IMG/VR virus record: IMGVR_UViG_3300032241_000856
Length of the DNA stretch: 64,000 nt
Strand: one strand, 5' to 3'
Origin: an uncultured virus (IMG/VR IMGVR_UViG_3300032241_000856)
Taxonomy: Duplodnaviria > Heunggongvirae > Uroviricota > Caudoviricetes
How positions within the stretch are numbered: the stretch's first letter is position 1; the number at the start of each line of letters is the position of its first letter. The position numbers were made by a program, and so were the translations under genes. Of this stretch, positions 57,031 through 64,000 are shown one piece after another. Under the pieces are notes generated by a model. The model made no database searches. It was not told where the DNA came from and saw nothing but the letters and a program-made list of their open reading frames with translations.

Positions 57031-58220
57031 AAATAGCCGTATTAGGTGTCGGAACTGCTGGAATAATGTCGCTGTGCCATTCGTTAAAATGGTTATGCCC
57101 TGAAGGTAGCACTATTACTTCAATCTATGATCCATCTGTTCCTATATTAGGTATAGGTGAAACATCACAACCTAATTTTGTTAAATCATTATTTGAAGGC
57201 GCCGATTTTAATTTTTTAACAGACGCCAATGAACTTGATGCAACCATAAAACTTGGTGCAAGCTACAAAAATTGGAGAGAAAACAATTTTGACATGGCAT
57301 TAGAATCACCGTCATATGGTATGCATTTTAATAATTTTAAATTAAAAGAGTTTTGTTTTAATCGATTTAAAAAATTATGGGGTAATAAATTTCAAATAGT
57401 TGAAGGTAAAATTACTAATTTAGTTAATAATAAGTCGCATGTTGAAGTAGTTGTTAATAATCGAATATATCAATATGATTACATAATCGATTGTAGAGGT
57501 TATCCACCTGATCTAACTGATTATACTGTGCTAGATGATTTTACAGTTAATCATTGTTTAGTTCATATAGTAGATAAACCCGGAACTTGGAATTCTAGTA
57601 TTAATCAGGCAACTGCTCATGGGTGGATGTTTGGTATCCCGTTGTCTACTAGACAAGGTTGGGGATACTTGTATAATGATAAACTTACTACTCGAGATGA
57701 AGTAGTTGCTGAAATGGAAAGTCTATTTGGAATACCAAATATTAAACTAAACGAATTTGTTTTTAAAAGTTATTATGCTAATACGTTTTTTGATGGTCGC
57801 ATTTTAAAAAACGGCAATAGAGCATTTTTCTTTGAACCAATTGAGGGAATGGCTGGGTTTTTCTACGATACTAGTTTAAGATATTTTACAGATTTTCTAA
57901 ACGGACAACTAAATGCCGATGTGCTTAACGAGCATTTGTTAAAATCAGCTCAAGATATAGAAAATTTTATATATTTTTTATATCAGGGCGGTAGCACATT
58001 TGATAGTAAGTTTTGGAATGTTACTAAAGAGAAAAGTGCAAGACAGTTACGTAACAAATCTAACGGCAGCAGATGGCGTCTAGTGTTGTTAAATATTAAA
58101 AAAGCATTACAACATCCTGAATTAAGAATAGACTCAAGCCAAACAGGGCGATGGAGTCCAGAATTATGGATCAAATGGTCTAAAAATTTAGGATATACTT
58201 ATTTTGAGGACGAACAATGA
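57027..58220 (+). CDS. Short flavin-dependent halogenase-like protein 4
   Basis: GVGTAG, GIGET, ATIKLG, DCRG, GWMFGIP, FFEPIEG; 397 aa. Confidence 0.8.
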   Translation: MKIAVLGVGTAGIMSLCHSLKWLCPEGSTITSIYDPSVPILGIGETSQPNFVKSLFEGADFNFLTDANELDATIKLGASYKNWRENNFDMALESPSYGMHFNNFKLKEFCFNRFKKLWGNKFQIVEGKITNLVNNKSHVEVVVNNRIYQYDYIIDCRGYPPDLTDYTVLDDFTVNHCLVHIVDKPGTWNSSINQATAHGWMFGIPLSTRQGWGYLYNDKLTTRDEVVAEMESLFGIPNIKLNEFVFKSYYANTFFDGRILKNGNRAFFFEPIEGMAGFFYDTSLRYFTDFLNGQLNADVLNEHLLKSAQDIENFIYFLYQGGSTFDSKFWNVTKEKSARQLRNKSNGSRWRLVLLNIKKALQHPELRIDSSQTGRWSPELWIKWSKNLGYTYFEDEQ

Positions 58221-59431
58221 GAATTGCTGTAGTAGGCGTTGGCACTGCTGGTATAATGTCCCTTTGCCACTTGCTGAATTATGCACCTCAAGGATCTAAA
58301 GTTGTATCTATATTTGATCCTACTATACCTATTTTAGGTATTGGAGAAAGTTCAACATTTACTTTTCCTAAGTTATTGTTTAAAGGAACAGGATTTAATT
58401 TGCCTGAAGATGGGGCCGAATTAGATTCTACTATTAAATTATCAGTTACTTATAAGAACTGGCGAGAAAATTCTTTTGAATCTTTTATAGAACCAATCGA
58501 TGGCTATGCTATGCATTTTAATAATTTTAGAATGAAAGAATTTGCATTTGATAGATTTAAAGAAATCTGGGGATCACGTTTTGAAGAACTTACTGGCACT
58601 GTTGTTGATATTAAAAATAACGGGGCATACGCTAGCGTTTATCTAACTAACTCTGAAGAAAAATTTGATATTGTTATTGATTGTCGTGGTTACCCAACTG
58701 ATTACTCAGACTATGTAATTGCTGAAGATATGCCAGTTAATCATTGTTTAGTTAACATGATCCCCGAACCAGGTCTTTGGCCTTCTACTGTGCATCAGGC
58801 AACTAAAAATGGGTGGATGTTCGGTATTCCCTTAAAGACTCGTCAAGGATGGGGATATCTATATAATGATAATATTACTACCAGAGAAGATGCAGTAGCT
58901 GACATAGCTGAAATATTTAATACTACGGTTGATAAATTAACTCTTAGAGAATTTGCTTTTAAAAACTACTATGCTAAAACATTTTTTGATGGACGTATTT
59001 TGAAAAATGGTAACAGAGCATTATTTTTTGAGCCTCTAGAAGCTCTTAGCAGTCATTTTTATGAACTAGCAGTAAGATCAATGTTTGATTATTTTTTAGG
59101 TGATGCAAACATGAACACTTCTGAAAAAGTTAATCAGCATCTTACAACAGTAGCAGGTAACTTAGAGAATTTTTATCATTATGTATACCACGGCGGAAGT
59201 ATATACAATACACCGTTCTGGCAAATAACAAAAGAGAAATCTTCAAAGAAATTAAAAAATAATAAATTATGGAAAGAAACTGTTGCTGAAATAAGTAGTT
59301 GTATTACAGATGAAGGACTAATTAACAGACCAGTAGCATCCTGGATGACTAGTAAGTGGTTAGACTGGGAAAGAAAATTTGGATATTCTATATTTAAAAA
59401 ACCACATCCGTCATTATATTTGAAAGATTAA
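58217..59431 (+). CDS. Short flavin-dependent halogenase-like protein 5 (tandem paralog of 4)
   Basis: GVGTAG, GIGES, STIKLS, DCRG, GWMFGIP, FFEPLEA; 404 aa. Confidence 0.8.
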   Translation: MRIAVVGVGTAGIMSLCHLLNYAPQGSKVVSIFDPTIPILGIGESSTFTFPKLLFKGTGFNLPEDGAELDSTIKLSVTYKNWRENSFESFIEPIDGYAMHFNNFRMKEFAFDRFKEIWGSRFEELTGTVVDIKNNGAYASVYLTNSEEKFDIVIDCRGYPTDYSDYVIAEDMPVNHCLVNMIPEPGLWPSTVHQATKNGWMFGIPLKTRQGWGYLYNDNITTREDAVADIAEIFNTTVDKLTLREFAFKNYYAKTFFDGRILKNGNRALFFEPLEALSSHFYELAVRSMFDYFLGDANMNTSEKVNQHLTTVAGNLENFYHYVYHGGSIYNTPFWQITKEKSSKKLKNNKLWKETVAEISSCITDEGLINRPVASWMTSKWLDWERKFGYSIFKKPHPSLYLKD

Positions 59432-59433
59432 CA

Positions 59434-59943
59434 ATGATAAAACATTTCACTAAATTTGTTCCAGACTGGCTGCATAATAAAGCTAAAGAACAATTATTAT
59501 CTCCTTATATCGACTGGCATTTTCCCGGAAATGGTGGTTATTATGGGGACATTGATAAAGCCTGTTTTGCAAAACTCATGTTTGATATTGAAAGAAATCA
59601 TAGCGATTGGTCGTTAGTTGACTCACTTCCGTATGTGTTAGAATCATGGGTTGATACTAATAAAGACTGGTTTAAGTTTAGAGGCCTGAATCGCTGTATA
59701 TTAAATTTTTATACTCCCGGCATGACTATCGGTTGGCATAACGACCATAGTAAATCAGATCATTACACTTTAATTTACTATGTTAACGATTCAGACGGCG
59801 GAACTGAGTTTAGAGATTGTAAAATTTTACATCAAGAAAACTCTGGAATACTATTAAGATCTAAAGATGAACACAAAAATATTGAATCAACTGTGCCTCG
59901 AAGAATTTCAGTTGCTTGGATCATTGTTGGGGATATAATTTAA
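59434..59943 (+). CDS. 2OG-Fe(II) oxygenase
   Basis: WHND, IYYVNDSDGGT, EH, RISVAW. Confidence 0.8.
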   Translation: MIKHFTKFVPDWLHNKAKEQLLSPYIDWHFPGNGGYYGDIDKACFAKLMFDIERNHSDWSLVDSLPYVLESWVDTNKDWFKFRGLNRCILNFYTPGMTIGWHNDHSKSDHYTLIYYVNDSDGGTEFRDCKILHQENSGILLRSKDEHKNIESTVPRRISVAWIIVGDII

Positions 59944-60701
59944 TGTTCTTTTTTAAACGTAAAAAAATTGTATTAGATTGTTTTACAGATAGGCCCGATG
60001 TTTATAAATATTCGCCAATTGAATTTGCAAATAAGCATTATCCCGAATGGTGGAAAAAATTACCAAAAACTTATAATACACAGAATCCCAGTTTAAACAA
60101 TACCCTCGGTGAACAGCCTACAATGAAAGGTTGTCCAGGAATTATTGATAACTTTCAGTATGGGGTTATTTTACCTATGTGGTCTGATATTGCTGTGCAT
60201 ATAACTGATAGAGAATGCAATTGGCAGTTTGCTGATCATATTACTTCTGCACAAAGTCATGATCCTCTTCAGTGGTTAGGGTTGTTGCCTAACGAACGAG
60301 GGCTATTTCATATTAAGTTTGAAAGTCCTTGGTTTTTTAAAACAAAAGACGATGCGCATTGGTCATTTGCTCAACCTACATGGAATATGTCATCTATAAG
60401 TGATTATACTGTGTTGCCGGGTGTAGTTAGTTACAAATATCAACTGACTACTAATATTAACCTAATGATACATCCTAAACAAAATCATCGATTTATAATA
60501 GAAGCTGGCCAGCCATTAGTTCATATTACCCCATTATCAGAAAGAGAAGTTATTATTAAAAATCATTTAATAGATACCAACGAATTTACTAAAATGAGAT
60601 TTGAATATGGCACTACAAATAAATTTGAAAAAAATTTAGCCTGGCATAAAAAAATGATCGATCGGCTTGAAAAACCAAAGTGTCCATTTCATTTTAAATG
60701 A
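59943..60701 (+). CDS. Hypothetical protein, paralog of 49996..50754
   Basis: LDCFT, TMKGCPG, PMW, GQPLVHITPL, KCPF; start at ATG 59943. Confidence 0.75.
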   Translation: MFFFKRKKIVLDCFTDRPDVYKYSPIEFANKHYPEWWKKLPKTYNTQNPSLNNTLGEQPTMKGCPGIIDNFQYGVILPMWSDIAVHITDRECNWQFADHITSAQSHDPLQWLGLLPNERGLFHIKFESPWFFKTKDDAHWSFAQPTWNMSSISDYTVLPGVVSYKYQLTTNINLMIHPKQNHRFIIEAGQPLVHITPLSEREVIIKNHLIDTNEFTKMRFEYGTTNKFEKNLAWHKKMIDRLEKPKCPFHFK

Positions 60702-60705
60702 TCGT

Positions 60706-60734
60706 AAAAAAGGGCTTTTATTAAGCCCTTTTTT
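60706..60734. terminator. Bidirectional Rho-independent terminator between convergent operons
   Basis: AAAAAAGGGCTT-TTATT-AAGCCCTTTTTT. Confidence 0.85.
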
Positions 60735-60735
60735 A

Positions 60736-61296
60736 TTAACCCTGCGGAGTCCTTCCGGCTGCCGCTCCCATATTAACAAATATATTACTAGTTGATGGAT
60801 TTGGTGGTTCATCTATACTAGGAGTCCACTTACTAGCACCGCCAGCTGGCGGAGTAGGCCATGGAACTGCAATATGACTTTTTAAATTAGGTAAATCTAT
60901 ATTGTCAGTTATATCTCTTAATTGTTGGCGATATGTTGCCCATGCCGCTTTATCATCTGCTGACAGAGGGCTGTCTGGCATTTGAGTCCAGTCGCTACTC
61001 ATTAATTTATAAAATCGCGTTCCTTCAATCCATGTTCTAACTTTTTCTTTATCTGTTAGTTCACGAATATCCCACAATTGTTCTATAGTGCCATCTGGGT
61101 TTTTTACAATATCACCTTTAGTAGCAACTTGATATTCAGCAGGTCGACAATCATAACAATTGATAATTTCTGCTAGATTGTTTTCCGCAAGTAATTGCGG
61201 AGTAATTAACCTAGTTCCAAGTAAATCTTCTACATTTGATTGTATTAAGGGTAACCCAATTGGGTCTCCGTTAGAATCAAGTTTCATATAAAGCAT
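60736..61296 (-). CDS. Tail fibre assembly chaperone-like protein
   Basis: SDWTQMPDSPL-WATYRQQLRDI-WPTPP; follows fibre gene. Confidence 0.8.
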   Translation of the reverse strand: MLYMKLDSNGDPIGLPLIQSNVEDLLGTRLITPQLLAENNLAEIINCYDCRPAEYQVATKGDIVKNPDGTIEQLWDIRELTDKEKVRTWIEGTRFYKLMSSDWTQMPDSPLSADDKAAWATYRQQLRDITDNIDLPNLKSHIAVPWPTPPAGGASKWTPSIDEPPNPSTSNIFVNMGAAAGRTPQG

Positions 61297-61322
61297 TAAA
61301 AATTCTCCGTTTAGTTATAAAA

Positions 61323-63524
61323 TTATGGGTTACCGGCGCCGTTAGATGGGAAACTACGTGTAGTTCCTGGCCAAATAACACGAACAGCGCCACGGCCGCC
61401 GTATCCGCCACCATGTGAAGATCCTGATCCGCCACCGCCGCCACCGTAGTTTCCACCACAGTTATATCCGTGACCTTGACCATTTGACCATGGCTCTCCA
61501 GGATAACCACAAGTTCCACCTGATCCGCCACCGCCGCCTGATCCGTTTGCATGTCCATAGTCTGGACGTCCGCATGATCCATTGGCACCTTGACCATAAG
61601 CTCCAGTTCCGCCACCGCCACCTGTTCCGTATGTTGAACTATGGTGTGAGTTAGCTGAACCACCGCCACCATAACATCCAGTATGTCCGGAGTTATTAGA
61701 CCAACACTGATTTGGACCGTAACCACCGCCACCACCGCCACCACCAGCAGTGTTAGGGAATGTAACAGTTCCTGGACCGCCTGGGCCGCCAATGCATCCG
61801 CAGCCTGAACAACATCCGCATGATCCGCCGCCGCCGATGATACCTGGGAAGCAAGAATAACCTCCAGCTGCTTGGCTCCAGCATCCGCCGTTACCAACTT
61901 GAATTGTATAGCCTGATCCTGGTGATACACCAACACCATTTGAATATGTTAATCCACCGCCAGCGCCACCACAAACTGCCCATCCATAATAGCCACCACC
62001 GCCAGCACCAATAGCTACAACTGATACTGAGTTAACGCCACTAGGTGCATACCATGTGTATGATTGTGTTCCGCCGTTTGTGTTTGAGCTAGAACCTTCG
62101 TATAGTGAAGAGCCTGTTGGAGGAGGTGGATAAGAAAGCTGTCCGCAAACTGTAAGTGCTCCATACATTACAGTATTACCTGCAATAATTGCACTACCGC
62201 CTACGCAGAAACAGTTTGGTGAATATAAGTTGTTAACTAATCCAGCGCCGGCTGAACAGAAGCAGTTACCTGTATACATTATACCTTGTGCAATAAAGTT
62301 ATTAGCTACGCATGCACAACCTGTTACATACAATCCAGTTAGTGTGCCAACTGATGTTAAACTTGAAGCAGTAACACCACTGTTTAAAGTAGAACCACAT
62401 AAGTTACCAGCGGGTAAACATGAGAAGTTACTACCGTTAAATGTTGGGCTTGCGCCTGATTGAATATTTTGTGGCAAACTGATTGTAATATTACCAGTTG
62501 ACGAGCTTACTGAAACTTGATTAGATGTTCCAGCAAGTGATATTACACCAGCATTGCTTAGTGTAACTGAACTACCTAATGCTACAGTTCCACCGCCACT
62601 TAAACCAGTTCCAGCTGATACTGTAATTGAGTTGTTAATTAAAGCACCGTTTGGAATGCAACTAAAATTACCACCGCAGAATGTAGGTGCCGCACCACTT
62701 GCAATAGTTTGTGGTAATGTTAGTGTAATATTACCAGTTGATGCACTAACTGAAATTTGTCCACTTGTTCCTGTTAAACTTAACACACCTGTATTGTTTA
62801 ACGTAACTGATGCAACTGGTCCAGTCATTGTGCCACCGCCACTTATACCAGTTCCTGGATTAACCGTTACGCTTGTAAGAACACGACTGCTATTATCGTA
62901 AATACATGCTCCGTATGTTGCGCCACCAACACCTAAACCACCAGTAATAACCAATGCACCAGATCCTGTGCCAGTTGATGCAGTAGATGAAGTAATAGTA
63001 GATGCGCTATTAGCAGTTATAGAAGTAAACGCACCACTAGATGGTTGGCTATTACCAATCTGCATGTTATTCATTGAGCCAAGAGAGCTTGGACTAATTG
63101 TAGCAGTTCCGGTTGGCTGTATTGCAACGTTACCGCTAGGACTAATTGTAGCAGTAGTTCTAACTGTTAGCGTATCTGTTGTCAGACCATTAGTTACTGA
63201 TAATGCTCCGCCGTTATTAATTAAGATATAATAATTTGTGCCGTCACTGCTAATTGAATAAGTAGTGTTAGCCGGCATAGCTTGGCTTGAAGCTGCCGTA
63301 AAATTATTACCTTGAATATTACCAGCTGGTGTTGCAATAGTTATTGCTCCACCTGTTGCATTGTAAAATGTTTGTGTATAACCAACTGTATATTGTGGAC
63401 TAACTAGGGTAAGCGTTATTCCAGAAGATCCAGTAATGGTCATGAAGCTATTATTAATAGCATACGTCATGGTCGTAGTGCCAGACGTTGTTAAAAATAA
63501 CGATACTGTATTATAGCGTGCCAT
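61323..63524 (-). CDS. Tail fibre/adhesin-like protein with Cys/Gly-rich C-terminal domain
   Basis: Ser/Thr/Gly-rich shaft with tandem repeats; W-APSGV-SVSVVAIGAGGGG...GAVRVIW glycine-rich domain. Confidence 0.8.
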   Translation of the reverse strand: MARYNTVSLFLTTSGTTTMTYAINNSFMTITGSSGITLTLVSPQYTVGYTQTFYNATGGAITIATPAGNIQGNNFTAASSQAMPANTTYSISSDGTNYYILINNGGALSVTNGLTTDTLTVRTTATISPSGNVAIQPTGTATISPSSLGSMNNMQIGNSQPSSGAFTSITANSASTITSSTASTGTGSGALVITGGLGVGGATYGACIYDNSSRVLTSVTVNPGTGISGGGTMTGPVASVTLNNTGVLSLTGTSGQISVSASTGNITLTLPQTIASGAAPTFCGGNFSCIPNGALINNSITVSAGTGLSGGGTVALGSSVTLSNAGVISLAGTSNQVSVSSSTGNITISLPQNIQSGASPTFNGSNFSCLPAGNLCGSTLNSGVTASSLTSVGTLTGLYVTGCACVANNFIAQGIMYTGNCFCSAGAGLVNNLYSPNCFCVGGSAIIAGNTVMYGALTVCGQLSYPPPPTGSSLYEGSSSNTNGGTQSYTWYAPSGVNSVSVVAIGAGGGGYYGWAVCGGAGGGLTYSNGVGVSPGSGYTIQVGNGGCWSQAAGGYSCFPGIIGGGGSCGCCSGCGCIGGPGGPGTVTFPNTAGGGGGGGGYGPNQCWSNNSGHTGCYGGGGSANSHHSSTYGTGGGGGTGAYGQGANGSCGRPDYGHANGSGGGGGSGGTCGYPGEPWSNGQGHGYNCGGNYGGGGGGSGSSHGGGYGGRGAVRVIWPGTTRSFPSNGAGNP

Positions 63525-63539
63525 AGTTCTCTCTAATCC

Positions 63540-63863
63540 TTATGATGTTGATGTTTCAATTCCGTATATATTTACGTTACAGCTCTGTGAACTAGCTTGA
63601 ACAATAACGTTAATACCTGCATTTGCTACCAAACCAGTTCTTTCAAAAACACCGTATGGCACAATTGTAGTCTGATATTCAAAATATTCCGACGTGCCCG
63701 GTGTTGTTACTAATGACAATGCTAGTTTTACAGTAATAGATACCGCGCTAGTATTGGTAAAAGATACGTTAAAAACTGAATAGTAACCAGTCGGCACAGT
63801 ATATGCCGTCTGGTTAACGTTTGCTGTAGTTATTGTTGTAGTCCCTAATCTTCCTGTTGCCAT
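63540..63863 (-). CDS. Small virion structural protein
   Basis: MATGRLG, YTVP, FERTGLV, YGIE; within the fibre operon. Confidence 0.7.
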   Translation of the reverse strand: MATGRLGTTTITTANVNQTAYTVPTGYYSVFNVSFTNTSAVSITVKLALSLVTTPGTSEYFEYQTTIVPYGVFERTGLVANAGINVIVQASSQSCNVNIYGIETSTS

Positions 63864-63878
63864 GATTTATTTCTCCAA

Positions 63879-64000
63879 TTATCTTTGTAAAAAGAATCCA
63901 AGTGCAACGGGAGCTCCGTCAATACCACCTGTAAAATTCATTTTTGCTGTTACGTTAATTTGCCCGCCACTAGTTGTTGAAATAGTGTTGTTGGCAATAT
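63879..64000 (-). CDS. C-terminal end of a structural protein (truncated by window edge)
   Basis: ...IANNTISTTSGGQINVTAKMNFTGGIDGAPVALGFFLQR-stop. Confidence 0.65.
   Translation of the reverse strand, partial: IANNTISTTSGGQINVTAKMNFTGGIDGAPVALGFFLQR

Noticed and set aside
61277..61939. 220-aa overlapping ORF in an alternative frame of the fibre gene
   Set aside because: The Val/Ala/Asp-rich sequence is the expected frame shadow of GGT/GGC glycine codons; no slippery site or RBS seen.
1..64000. Stop-codon reassignment
   Set aside because: Core genes are full length under code 11, and TAA, TAG and TGA all end genes that abut their neighbours.

Overview
This 64 kb window comes from a large T4-like (myovirus) bacteriophage genome using the standard genetic code. 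It carries T4-type replication and recombination genes (gp41 helicase, gp61 primase, UvsW, UvsX, UvsY, gp32 SSB, dNMP kinase), packaging genes (large and probable small terminase, gp4) and tail/neck genes (gp13, gp14, gp15, gp18, gp19, gp54-like, fibres). Accessory enzymes are unusually abundant: about 13 2OG-Fe(II) oxygenase-like genes, 5 flavin-dependent (tryptophan) halogenase-like genes, 2 carbamoyltransferases, glycosyltransferases, a sedolisin (S53) protease and a 191-aa minimal DnaE-like polymerase core. Main observations: (1) Three early genes each have a sigma70-type promoter and a shared leader CAAGGAGCGAA. Right after the third gene lies a terminator-ended three-hairpin RNA with two loops reading AUUCGCUCC, exactly complementary to that shared ribosome-binding site, making it a candidate phage trans-acting translational regulator. 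(2) The tail sheath contains four homologous domains apparently nested inside one another (A1A2A3A4-B4B3B2B1). (3) TAAATA-N4/5-ATG and TATAAT-N5/7-ATG promoter geometry recurs, implying many leaderless mRNAs. (4) A 14 kb halogenase/oxygenase/carbamoyltransferase/glycosyltransferase island sits next to a Cys/Gly-rich fibre gene. All functional calls come from motif recognition by eye; no database searches were run.
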